A stretch of 64,000 nucleotides of DNA from Octopus vulgaris. Lineage: Eukaryota. The DNA is taken from the NCBI GenBank assembly GCA_951406725.2, contig OX597815.1, positions 1,364,001 through 1,428,000 of the forward strand, written 5' to 3'. The notes beneath the pieces were generated by a model. That model saw nothing but the letters and a program-made list of their open reading frames with translations. It had not been told where the DNA came from and ran no database searches. The translations under genes and the position numbers were made by a program. This document shows positions 53,401 to 63,659 of the stretch, in pieces (the first letter of the stretch is position 1; the number at the start of each line of letters is the position of its first letter).

Positions 53401-56400
53401 GGCACGTAAAAAGCACCAACCGATCGTGCCATTGCCAGCCTCGGATGGCACCTGTGCTGGTGGCACGTAAAAAGCACCAACCGATCGTGGCCATTGCCAG
53501 CCTCGGATGGCACCTGTGCTGGTGGCACATAAAAAGCACCAACCGATCGTGGCCATTGCCAGCCTCGGATGGCACCTGTGCTGGTGGCACGTAAAAAGCA
53601 CCAACCGATCGTGGCCATTGCCAGCCTCGGATGGCACCTGTGCTGGTGGCACGTAAAAAGCACCAACCGATCGTGGCCATTGCCAGCCTCGGATGGCACC
53701 TGTGCTGGTGGCACATAAAAAGCACCAACCGATCGTGGCCATTGCCAGCCTCGCCTGGCACCTGTGCTGGTGGCACATAAAAAGCACCAACCGATCGTGG
53801 CCATTGCCAGCCTCGGATGGCACCTGTGCTGGTGGCACATAAAAAGCACCAACCGATCGTGGCCATTGCCAGCCTCGGATGGCACCTGTGCTGGTGGCAC
53901 ATAAAAGCACCAACCGATCGTGGCCATTGCCAGCCTCGGATGGCACCTGTGCTGGTGGCACGTAAAAAGCACCAACCGATCGTGGCCATTGCCAGCCTCG
54001 GATGGCACCTGTGCTGGTGGCACGTAAAAAGCACCAACCGATCGTGGCCATTGCCAGCCTCGGATGGCACCTGTGCTGGTGGCACATAAAAAGCACCAAC
54101 CGATCGTGGCCATTTGCCAGCCTCGCCTGTCACCTGTGCAGGTGGCACATAAAAAGCACCAACTGATCGTGGCCATTTGCCAGCCTCGCCTGTCACCTGT
54201 GCAGGTGGCACATAAAAAGCACCAACTGATCGTGGCCATTTGCCAGCCTCGCCTGGCACCTGTGCAGGTGGCACATAAAAAGCACCAACCGATCGTGGCC
54301 ATTGCCAGCCTCGGATGGCACCTGTGCTGGTGGCACGTAAAAAGCACCAACCGATCGTGGCCATTGCCAGCCTCGGATGGCACCTGTGCTGGTGGCACAT
54401 AAAAAGCACCAACCGATCGTGGCCATTGCCAGCCTCGGATGGCACCTGTGCTGGTGGCACATAAAAAGCACCAACCGATCGTGGCCATTGCCAGCCTCGG
54501 ATGGCACCTGTGCTGGTGGCACATAAAAAGCACCAACCGATCGTGGCCATTGCCAGCCTCGGATGGCACCTGTGCTGGTGGCACGTAAAAAGCACCAACC
54601 GATCGTGGCCATTGCCAGCCTCGGATGGCACCTGTGCTGGTGGCACGTAAAAAGCACCAACCGATCGTGGCCATTGCCAGCCTCGGATGGCACCTGTGCT
54701 GGTGGCACATAAAAAGCACCAACCGATCGTGGCCATTGCCAGCCTCGCCTGGCACCTGTGCTGGTGGCACATAAAAAGCACCAACCGATCGTGGCCATTG
54801 CCAGCCTCGGATGGCACCTGTGCTGGTGGCACATAAAAAGCACCAACCGATCGTGGCCATTGCCAGCCTCGGATGGCACCTGTGCTGGTGGCACATAAAA
54901 AGCACCAACCGATCGTGGGCATTGCCAGCCTCGGATGGCACCTGTGCTGGTGGCACATAAAAAGCACCAACCGATCGTGGCCATTGCCAGCCTCGCCTGG
55001 CACCTGTGCTGGTGGCACATAAAAAGCACCAACCGATCGTGGCCATTGCCAGCCTCGCCTGGCACCTGTGCTGGTGGCACATAAAAAGCACCAACCGATC
55101 GTGGCCATTGCCAGCCTCGCCTGGCACCTGTGCTGGTGGCACATAAAAAGCACCAACCGATCGTGGCCATTGCCAGCCTCGGATGGCACCTGTGCTGGTG
55201 GCACATAAAAAGCACCAACCGATCGTGGCCATTGCCAGCCTCGGATGGCACCTGTGCTGGTGGCACATAAAAAGCACCAACCGATCGTGGCCATTGCCAG
55301 CCTCGGATGGCACCTGTGCTGGTGGCACATAAAAAGCACCAACCGATCGTGGCCATTGCCAGCCTCGGATGGCACCTGTGCTGGTGGCACATAAAAAGCA
55401 CCAACCGATCGTGGCCATTGCCAGCCTCGGATGGCACCTGTGCTGGTGGCACATAAAAAGCACCAACCGATCGTGGCCATTGCCAGCCTCGGATGGCACC
55501 TGTGCTGGTGGCACATAAAAAGCACCAACCGATCGTGGCCATTGCCAGCCTCGGATGGCACCTGTGCTGGTGTGGCACATAAAAAGCACCAACCGATCGT
55601 GGCCATTGCCAGCCTCGGATGGCACCTGTGCTGGTGGCATGTAAAAAGCACCAACCGATCGTGGCCATTGCCAGCCTCGCCTGGCACCTGTGCTGGTGGC
55701 ACATAAAAAGCACCAACCGATCGTGGCCATTGCCAGCCTCGCCTGGCACCTGTGCTGGTGGCACATAAAAAGCACCAACCGATCGTGGCCATTGCCAGCC
55801 TCGCCTGGCACCTGTGCTGGTGGCACATAAAAAGCACCAACCGATCGTGGCCATTGCCAGCCTCGGATGGCACCTGTGCTGGTGGCACATAAAAAGCACC
55901 AACCGATCGTGGCCATTGCCAGCCTCGGATGGCACCTGTGCTGGTGGCACATAAAAAGCACCAACCGATCGTGGCCATTGCCAGCCTCGGATGGCACCTG
56001 TGCTGGTGGCACATAAAAAGCACCAACCGATCGTGGCCATTGCCAGCCTCGGATGGCACCTGTGCTGGTGGCACATAAAAAGCACCAACCGATCGTGGCC
56101 ATTGCCAGCCTCGGATGGCACCTGTGCTGGTGGCACGTAAAAGCACCAACCGATCGTGGCCATTGCCAGCCTCGGATGGCACCTGTGCTGGTGGCACGTA
56201 AAAAGCACCAACCGATCGTGGACATTGCCAGCCTCGGATGGCACCTGTGCTGGTGGCACGTAAAAAGCACCCACTACACTCACAGAGTGGTTGGCGTTAG
56301 GAAGGGCATCCAGCTGTAGAAACACTGCCAGATCAGACTGGAGCCTGGTGCAGCCTCCATGGCTTCCAAGACCCCGGTCGGACCGTCCAACCCGTGCTAG

Positions 56401-56890
56401 CATGGAAAACGGATGTTAAACAATGATGATGATGACATTTGAATTTCAATCCTGCCATGGTCAACTTTGCCTTTTATTCTTTTGGTGGTGGATGGGTGGG
56501 GTTGGGGGTCGGCAAGATAAGGCACAATTCAAATTTTGGGCTTAATGGAATCAGCTAAACTCCCCAATCAAACCAGGTATGTTATAAATCTATAATTAAC
56601 GAGATTGTTGTACAGAAACTGTGACTTAAATGAACTATTATTTAATTTCCGTTTTCACTTTGTAAATATTTAGATAGTTGCTTCACCAATGTTACATATT
56701 GAAGAATTCTTTTTTTTTTTAAATGGGCTTATTTGTGTTATCTCTGTGTATTATGACGGTTGGTAGGAGGAACTTGCTGAAGGTTTGCATTTGATTGATT
56801 TTGAACAACTGAAAATTGAAAATCAAACATATAACGAAAAAATTGAAGAAAGGAATGAGGTAAATATACTACTACTACTACTACTACCAT

Positions 56891-56932
<42 letters not shown>

Positions 56933-56945
56933 CACCACCACTACC

Positions 56946-56986
<41 letters not shown>

Positions 56987-57024
56987 CACTACCACCACCA
57001 CCACCACCACTACCACCACTACTA

Positions 57025-57090
<66 letters not shown>

Positions 57091-60000
57091 TCCTTAAGGA
57101 TTACTTAACAAAAAATTGTTTATTTTCTTTTCTTCAACAAAAGATTTCCTATTCTTTGACCATCCGCCCCTCCCCTCAAATATTCTGGGCAGGGAGCAAA
57201 AGATTCATTATCTACAACCAAAGTTATTTACATTATTTACATTATTTCCATTTGATGGATATTTGTCCTCATCTTCTTTGTTTGTTGACACGTTTCGGCT
57301 GATATACTCTCCAGCCTTCATAAGGTGTCTTGGGGAAATTTCAAACCTGGGTTCTCATTCCTAAGGTATTCTTTTGATGTTGTTGTTATTATTATTATTA
57401 TTATTCAGGTCACTGCTTGGAATCGAACTTGGAATCTTGGGGTTAGTAGCCCGCACTCTTAACCACTACGCCATTTGCCTGTGGGCAATTATGGAGTGAA
57501 TTTTAGGGCATATGGCGTATGGTTAATAGCGCAGGCTACTAACCCCAAGATTCCAAGTTCAATTCCAAGCAGTGATCTGAATGATAATAATAATAATAAT
57601 AATAACAACAACAACAACATCGAAAAATACTTTAGGAATGAGAACCCAAGTTTGAAATTTCCCCAAGACACCTGATGAAGGCTGGAGGGTATATCAGCCG
57701 AAACGTGTTAACAACAAACAAGATGAGGACAAATATTCGTCAAATGTAAATAATGTAAATAATTCCTCATCTCTTAAATATAGAACTGAAAGTTATTTCA
57801 GTCAAGACCATCCAATTTCCTTAGAGGACTGGACCCTTAGGGGACACTGGACAATCAATGTTTTCTCATATGTTCCATACTTATTTAAGCCAGTAAAAAT
57901 CTGCTATTTTTAACAGCTTCATAAAAGAGGGTCAGAGTGATTGAGGTGGAAAATAGCGGCGATGAGATGCCAGGGATAGATCCTGGATCCTCGAGTTATG
58001 GAGTGAGTCAGGAGAGGAGAAGAAAGAGTTTGTTAAACAGCTGGTGGATTCTGATTAATCTCAGACAGTTCCTTGCTATTTAACTGTGTGTGTGTGGTAA
58101 TTAGCATAAAGTCAGGAAGGAATAAAGCCCTGGAAATGCCAAAGTATTTTTTCTCCCATTTTTCTGTCTTTCAGGAACTACAAAAATTAAAGAAAAAAAT
58201 CAAAAGCACTGTGGAGGTGTTGACCCATTTGAAAGAGAAATTACAGTTTATGAAGTTGGAGAATAAAATGTTGGGGGAGGAACTAAATAAAGTGGAGCTG
58301 GCCGTTGTCCAGGTAAGGAAATCAATGGGTCTCTTTGCGATTTTTGAAAAACATTTTTATATTTTTATTGTAAACAAAAACTGCTGATCATTCTATGAAT
58401 GACAAATGCTGGGATGGCTTGAAGTTCATTGTTCTTGGAGTGAATAGGATAATGGTAGTTGCCAAAATGTTGGCTGGTCATTGCGTCTGCTGTTTTTGTG
58501 TTTGGCGGCGCTCTGTCGTCTTTTGTGTCTGGTCTGATGTCTACCATCCACCATCTGAATATAAGGTGGTGGCCATGCTCAGTAAAAAGCCAAAGATGAA
58601 ATTGTTGTTAGATCTGGTTCCACACAAACTCTTAAAGAGTCAGATTTTTTCATCATCATCATCATCATCATCATCATCGTTTAACGTCCGCTTTCCATGC
58701 TAGCATGGGTTGGACGATTTTGACTGAAGGCTAGCAAACCAGATGGCTGCACCAGACTCCAATCTTGATCTGGAAGAGTTTCTACAGCTGGATGCTCTTC
58801 CTAACGCCAACCACTCTGGGAGTGTAGTGGGTGCTTTTTACGTACCACCGGCATGGGGGCCAGGCAGGCGGTATAGGCAATGACCTTGCTCGAATCTTTT
58901 TACACATGCCACCGGCACAGGTGTCAGTAAGGTGACGCTGGTAACGACCACACTCGAATGGTGCCCTTTTATGTGCCACTGGCACGGAAGCCGATTAGCT
59001 GCTCTGTCAACGATCACACTCGTATGATACTCTTTGCACCCCACTAGCATGGATGCCAGTCATCGAATTTGATTTTGATTTCACTTGCACCAACAAGTCT
59101 TTGCAAGCAGAGTTTAGTGACCAAAGAAGGAAAAGCTACACGTAAGCAGGCTGGTTATGCTCCTGGCATAGGCCACAGGTTGTGGTTTCATCTGGCTTGC
59201 TGGGTCTTCTCGAGCACAGCATATTTCCTAAAGTCTCGATCGCTAGTCATTTTCTTGGTGAGGCCAAATGTTCGAAAGTTGTGCTTCACCACTTCATCCC
59301 AGGTCTTCCTGGCTCTACCTCTTCCACAGGTTCCCTCAACCGCTAGGGTGTGGCACTTTTTCACACAGCTATCCTCATCCATTCTTGCCATATGACTTTG
59401 GTAATATTCTAGTGAATTACAATCATATTCTTGAGTTGTTCTTTTGCATCAGACATAACGATCTGGGTTGGATTTCCAAGTCACGTGTTCCTGCTCCGGT
59501 TCCATTTGGGAATCTTTGGTTTTGTTTCTCTGATTCCTTCTGTTTCTGTCATCAGGACCATACTGTTGCTATGGCAACCACCACAACTACTCTCACAACT
59601 ATTACCACCTCTGTCACTGCCAACAACAACACTACTACCACCTCTACACTCACCTATACCACTATCACTAATACCACCACCAAGAGTACTATCACCACTA
59701 CTACCACCAATACCTACACCACAAACGCCATCACCTCAACCCCAACAGCCTCTTCAATGACAACAGTCACCTGACTATTTGCTGTCAACTGGTTATGTGC
59801 CCAGCATCACCAACAATGTTAAGCATCACTTCTTTCTATACAAAATTGGTACCATGGGGAGGTACATATTTGTTTACTATGCAACATCACACTTCATGCC
59901 CAAGCATCATACTTTTCACATGAAGAGGGTAGCCCCTTGTTGCCAACAGAGATAACAGCTCCCTACACTTTTCTTAGTTTGCTAACTATGTTTTCAATGA

Positions 60001-61141
60001 GGGACATCCACCTCCTTTGCTAATTAAGTCACCCAGGTAAGAATAACTATCAGCATCTTCAGAAGAATCTTCCAAACACTTGAAAGACATCATTGTTCTG
60101 GTGTTCTTTCTGTTTACCATTCCTGTGTCGACCAGCCTCTGACCCCGCGACATCCATTGTACACCCATAAATACCTGGTATATACCACTATGTATATATA
60201 TGGGAGGTATACAGGAGTGCCTTGTCTGTATTCATGTGTATGGATGTACATAAGTGTTTGGTGTGTACCTGTGTCTATGGAAGCACATACATGCCTGGTC
60301 TGTGTCTATGGATGTATATGTGTGCTAAGTGTATACTCATGTCATCATCATCATCATCATTTAACGTCCACTTTCCATGCTAGCATGGGTTGGACGATTG
60401 ACTGAGGGCTGGTGAACCAGATGGCTGCACCAGGCTTCAATCTTGATCTGGCAGAGTTTCTACAGCTGGATGCCCCTCCTAACACCAACCACTCTGGGAG
60501 TGTAGTGGGTGCTTTTACGTGCCACCGGCACAGGGGCCAGACAGGTGGTACAGGCAATGACCTCGCTCGAATCTTTTACATATGCCACCGGCACAGGTGC
60601 CAGTAAGGCAATGTTGGTAACGATCATGCTCGAATGGTGCCCTTTTACGTGTCACTGGCACAGAAGCCAGTTGGCTGCTCTGGCAACGATCACGCTCGAA
60701 TGGTGCCTTTTAAGTACCACTGGCACGGAAACCGGTTAGCTGCTCTGTCAATGATCACGCTCGTATGGTGCTCTTTGCACCCTTGTATATAAGTGCCTGG
60801 GGTGCATCTGTATGTATACTTGAAAATGTATATAACCATGTCTGTATTGATGTATGTGTAATGAGTTGCAAACTTGTTGACCTTTACAGAAGAGGGACCG
60901 GTTGAACAACACAAAACAAGGCCGAGACTATTTGAGAAATGATAACCAGGCACTACAACGCAGCTGTGGCCTGTTGAACAACAAAACCTTGTTATATAAC
61001 TTTGAAGTGCAGAAGGACGAGAGTGAACAACTGCTCCAAGAAGTGGAGAATCTCAAGCTACGATACACAGAATTCAACATGAATTCACAGAAATTACAGA
61101 AGAAAATAGCAGCAGCCGAATATCAGAAAAGTTTATTGTAG
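24389..61141 (+). CDS. CCDC96: Coiled-coil domain-containing protein 96 (CFAP184)-like; 12 exons
   Basis: join(24389-24400, 25058-25178, 26969-27394, 33317-33471, 34849-34927, 37638-37714, 41775-41925, 43981-44174, 46191-46310, 56767-56859, 58175-58312, 60890-61141); GT-AG and phase-consistent. Acidic N-terminus, QQKLAEFFKKKK, IRLENIKLKNKL and the DUF4201 signature GLHLIDFEQLKIENQTYNEKIEERNEEL. Confidence 0.88.
25058..25178 (+). CDS. CCDC96: CCDC96-like exon 2 (acidic)
   Basis: Poly-T tag acceptor; AKDVSEGMSETD...EPSAP; phase-1 donor. Confidence 0.7.
26969..27394 (+). CDS. CCDC96: CCDC96-like exon 3 (Glu/Gly-rich)
   Basis: ttttag acceptor; within ORF 26881-27468; AAAG|gtaagg donor fits the phase of the next exon. 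Confidence 0.75.
27997..28108. repeat. Imperfect palindrome (MITE-like hairpin)
   Basis: ATAATTATAGTTAAGGGCTACTGGAAATG...CATTTCCAGTTGCCCTTAACTATAATTAT. Confidence 0.75.
28322..28634 (-). pseudogene. NASP: NASP-like histone chaperone 5' fragment with premature stop
   Basis: MSSVAEPSSS...VEVM*KAVNLMGQGKRNLICGDVPMAVTQFEESCQILAKCYGEMAFQCAAAYFSYGHALLELAR resembles NASP/N1-N2 TPR1. TGA at 28560-28562; truncated after EEE. Confidence 0.75.
29130..30410 (-). mobile_element. Penelope-like element remnant with GIY-YIG endonuclease and inverted terminal segments
   Basis: ORF 29603-29974 with CGHPNCGIC and NLIYVITSLGCGHHYIGQT; 29341-29390 is an inverted repeat of 30356-30405; hammerhead-like 3' half CCGAAACAGCTGTA near 30072. 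Confidence 0.75.
30938..32660 (-). mobile_element. 5'-truncated RTE-clade LINE
   Basis: GVHQVSVLSPLLF, ELLYADDL, FRYLG, WYGHVARM, GRGRP; (CAT)n tail near 30938. Confidence 0.88.
33317..33471 (+). CDS. CCDC96: CCDC96-like exon 4 (Glu/Ala-rich)
   Basis: tttag/cag NAGNAG acceptor; within ORF 33304-33630; gtgatt donor. Confidence 0.7.
34849..34927 (+). CDS. CCDC96: CCDC96-like exon 5 (PLDLEQMMDLDKYQQRLEVGETPVAY)
   Basis: ctgacag acceptor, gtaatg donor; needed to bridge phase 0 to phase 1. Confidence 0.65.
35964..36192 (-). mobile_element. SINE-like repeat
   Basis: GGCGAGCTGGCAGAAACGTTAG (A-box-like), GAGTTCAAATTCC (B box) and core GACTTTGCCTTTCATCCTTTCGGGGTC. Copies at 38697-38925 (-), 42745-42900 (+) and 21013-21118. 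Confidence 0.75.
37638..37714 (+). CDS. CCDC96: CCDC96-like exon 6 (EEGSAPPELEAYDYEQKRDMLMTRYQ)
   Basis: ttgtag / gtgagg. Confidence 0.75.
37950..38470. repeat. Foldback element with nested inverted repeats
   Basis: 38260-38345 is the reverse complement of 38372-38460; 37950-38020 is a further inverted copy of 38345-38415. Confidence 0.65.
38697..38925 (-). mobile_element. SINE-like repeat, second copy
   Basis: Highly similar to 35964-36192. Confidence 0.75.
41775..41925 (+). CDS. CCDC96: CCDC96-like exon 7
   Basis: ttgcag / gtatgg; QQKLAEFFKKKK...ADQEERYLKLM. Confidence 0.88.
42985..43180. mobile_element. piggyBac-like MITE, second copy
   Basis: TTAA-TCCTTTAGCATT...AATGCTAAAAGG-TTAA; internally similar to the reverse complement of 19011-19230. 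Confidence 0.65.
43440..43560 (-). mobile_element. Penelope-like endonuclease C-terminal remnant
   Basis: CNLCLADKYNI...LNKRSEFVISCK motif. Confidence 0.55.
43981..44174 (+). CDS. CCDC96: CCDC96-like exon 8
   Basis: ttccag / gtgagg; coiled coil ending AINSRTGQQIPKM. Confidence 0.88.
44325..44640. repeat. (CAT/CAC)n microsatellite
   Basis: About 300 bp of trinucleotide repeat. Confidence 0.95.
44853..45050 (+). mobile_element. tRNA-derived SINE
   Basis: A box TGGCCCAGTGG and B box GGTTTCGATTCC; second copy at 46630-46930. Confidence 0.75.
45610..46050. mobile_element. MITE-like element with an internal ~70-bp-arm hairpin
   Basis: 45822-45892 is the reverse complement of 45907-45975; degenerate TTAA-..CTTT / AAAGGG-TTA ends. 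Confidence 0.55.
46191..46310 (+). CDS. CCDC96: CCDC96-like exon 9
   Basis: ttccag / gtaagt; EVSSIRLENIKLKNKLKK. Confidence 0.9.
46630..46930 (+). mobile_element. tRNA-derived SINE, second copy
   Basis: TGGCCTAGTGG / AGTTCAAATC boxes; (AGAAGG)n tail. Confidence 0.75.
48194..56270 (+). repeat. 62-bp tandem satellite, about 130 units, embedded in an RTE 3' end
   Basis: Unit TGGCAC(A/G)TAAAAAGCACCAACCGATCGTGGCCATTGCCAGCCTCGGATGGCACCTGTGCTGG; runs directly into the RTE tail (56270-56435, ending GATGATGATGA). Confidence 0.97.
56767..56859 (+). CDS. CCDC96: CCDC96-like exon 10
   Basis: tag / gtaaat; EELAEGLHLIDFEQLKIENQTYNEKIEERNE. Confidence 0.92.
56867..57090. repeat. (CTA/CCA)n microsatellite
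   Basis: Starts about 7 bp after the exon 10 donor. Confidence 0.95.
57224..57763. mobile_element. ~540-bp palindromic element with tRNA-like heads and a hammerhead-like core
   Basis: Arms of about 250 bp around a ~27-bp spacer; partial second copy at 62405-62560. Confidence 0.75.
58175..58312 (+). CDS. CCDC96: CCDC96-like exon 11
   Basis: tttcag / gtaagg; ELQKLKKKIKSTVEVLTHLKEKLQF. Confidence 0.9.
58650..59395 (-). mobile_element. RTE LINE 3' fragment
   Basis: ARMDEDSCVKKCHTLAVEGTCGRGRARKTW plus 3' UTR and (CAT)n tail. Confidence 0.8.
60890..61141 (+). CDS. CCDC96: CCDC96-like last exon
   Basis: ttacag acceptor; KRDRLNNTKQGRDYLRNDNQALQRSCGLL...; TAG stop. Confidence 0.88.
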   Translation, partial: KRDRLNNTKQGRDYLRNDNQALQRSCGLLNNKTLLYNFEVQKDESEQLLQEVENLKLRYTEFNMNSQKLQKKIAAAEYQKSLL

Positions 61142-61211
61142 ACAACATATTCCAATGGAGTTTGTGACAGCTTTACATTAAATTCATTGAACGCAATTGT
61201 TTAAATGCTTC

Positions 61212-61254
<43 letters not shown>

Positions 61255-61529
61255 GCAGTATTTGTTTCAACCTTTTGTGCTCTGAGTTCAGATCCTACAA
61301 GGACTTTGTCTTTCAACCCTTTTTGGTTGATAATTTACCAGTCATGTACTGGGGTGAATGGCCACAGTCAAATGACTGAAACGAATAAACAAATGTTAAT
61401 GTATTAACATTGGTGTGTGTGTGTGTGTGTGTGCCTACATAAGTGCAGAAGTGTGTGTGTATGTATGTGTTTACATGTGTGGAAGTGGGTTTGTGGGGGG
61501 GGGGGGGAGTATGTATGTTATGTGTGATA

Positions 61530-61748
61530 AAGAGAAAGAGAGTGTGCATGTGTGAGAGAGAGAGAGAGAGAGACTGAGTAAGTGAGAATGTGTGTGAGAG
61601 AGAGAGACTGAGAGAGAATGTGTGTGAGAGAGAGAGAGAGAGAGACTGAGTGAGAATGTAAGAGAGAGAGAGAGACTGAGTGAGAATGTGTGTGAGAGAG
61701 AGAGAGAGAGAGACTGAGTGAGAATGTGTGTGAGAGAGAGAGAGAGGG
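61530..61748. repeat. Compound (GA)n/(GT)n minisatellite
   Basis: Repeating GAGAATGTGTGTGAGAGAGAGAGACT units. Confidence 0.85.
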
Positions 61749-62244
61749 GTTGTGAGCAAGAAGCATAGTTTTGGCCGCTCACCATTTTCAATCTGGTGCC
61801 ATCATGGCTTTACTAGTTGTGTCAAACCAGTATTTAATAAACCCACCCTGGCCCACCACTGCTCTCAACAGGTTCGCTGTCTCCTGCAATTCCACAACCA
61901 TCAAATAAAACAGCTGGAAAATCTAGTTTCTGTTGGTTTCCCCACCACCACCACCACCACAGCTATTATGACAAACTATACATTTCTTCCTCTTCTTCTT
62001 CAGCAAATATTGCCATTTATCAATATCTATTTTATTGATTAACTTAAACAAATAACTTTGTGTGTAATGTTTTGGTTGCCGTAGTTTCATCGATGCTCGT
62101 TGAATGGAGCAAGGCCTTTCATCTTCTGAATTTTTCTTATTGCTTTGACTGATGATGGTGATGATGGTGGTGGTGGTGGTGGTGGTGGTGAAGGTGACCG
62201 TGACAGTGGTTGTGGTGTTGGTGGTTGCTTGTGAGTGTGTCTGT

Positions 62245-62278
<34 letters not shown>

Positions 62279-62763
62279 AAGAGGTTAGTCCTTATGATGA
62301 TGATGATGATGATGGTGGTTATAATGTGAGTGTTCAGAGAGAAAGAGAGAGACAGACAGAAACAGGCCAGTGTTGCCTTGTGTTTTATCCTTGCACCATT
62401 CAGTTGTTATTATTATTATTATTATTCAGGTCACTGCTTGGAATCGAACTTGGAATCTTGGGGTTAGTAGTCCGCACTCTTAACCACTACGCCATTTGCC
62501 TGTGGGCAATTATGGAGTGAATTTTAGGGCATATGGCGTATGGTTAATAGCGCAGGCTACTATATACACACACACACATATATATATATATATTCTATCC
62601 CACTCTATCTCGGCATCATAATTCTACAAATGTTACACTACAATGTGACACAGAAAATATCACCCTTTTTCATATGGTTTTTGTTCTACCATTTGAATAG
62701 TGCTATGCAGACCATTGCTTGTCTTTATCTATCTATCTACCTACATAGCTACCTATCTATCTA

Positions 62764-63330
62764 TGTGTCGGTGGCACATAAAAACACCATCCGAGCGTGG
62801 CCGTTTGCCAGCCTCGTCTGGCACCTGTGTCGGTGGCACATAAAAAACACCATCCGAGCGTGGTCGTCTGCCAGCCTTGTCTGGCACCTGTGTCGGTGGC
62901 ACATAAAAACACCATCCGAGCATGGCCGTTCGCCAGCCTCGTCTGGCACCTGTGTCGGTGGCACATAAAAAACACCATCCGAGCGTGGTCGTCTGCCAGC
63001 CTTGTCTGGCACCTGTGTCGGTGGCACATAAAAAACACCATCCGAGCGTGGTCGTCTGCCAGCCTTGTCTGGCACCTGTGTCGGTGGCACATAAAAACAC
63101 CATCCGAGCGTGGCCGTTTGCCAGCCTCGTCTGGCACCTGTGTCGGTGGCACATAAAATCACCCACTACACTCTCGGAGTGGTTGGCGTTAGGAAGGGCA
63201 TCCAGCTGTAGAAACACTGCCAGATCTGACTGGCCTGGTGCAGCCTTCGGGCTCTCCAGACACCAGTTGAACCGTCCAACTCATGCTAGCATGGAGAGCG
63301 GACGTTAAATGATGATGATGATGATGATGA
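62764..63330 (+). repeat. Second small array (~6 units of ~62 bp) in another RTE 3' end
   Basis: Unit GGTGGCACATAAAAACACCATCCGAGCGTGG...CTGGCACCTGTGTC followed by the RTE tail. Confidence 0.9.
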
Positions 63331-63332
63331 TA

Positions 63333-63461
63333 TATATAAAAGTAAATAAATGGTACAACGAAGCACCGATATTTACTGGAAAATAGCGAATGTAATAAAT
63401 ACGACGCTATTTTCCAGTAAATATCGGTGCTTCGTTGTAGCATTTATTTACTTTTATGTAT
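63333..63461. repeat. Near-perfect hairpin (~56-bp arms), MITE-like
   Basis: TAAAAGTAAATAAATGGTACAACGAAGCACCGATATTTACTGGAAAATAGCG and its reverse complement, 16-nt loop, TA flanks. Confidence 0.85.
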
Positions 63462-63618
63462 AATTTTACCCTCACGGGCTATCCTTTACTAGAAAGCGAT
63501 ACTCTCGTATTGCATTACTATTTTTTATATATATATATATATATATGTGTGTTACATTTGCAGATGGCTATTTTGCCAATAAACACACACACACCAGTTA
63601 TTTGATCTTCACTTTAGC

Positions 63619-63659
<41 letters not shown>

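Noticed and set aside
48194-56270. CRISPR-like array
   Set aside because: Units are contiguous with no unique spacers, there are no cas genes, and the context is a eukaryotic intron.
48133-56403. Minus-strand ORFs of 500-2700 aa
   Set aside because: The 62-bp unit has no stop codon on the minus strand, so all three frames stay open and cycle through the same peptide. Single-base indels are tolerated, so this is a satellite artefact.
56738-57108. Poly-Val / poly-Leu-Pro ORFs
   Set aside because: Microsatellite read-through; only 56767-56859 is exonic.
59565-59775. Thr-rich mucin-like ORF
   Set aside because: Degenerate (ACC/ACT)n low-complexity tract inside an intron.
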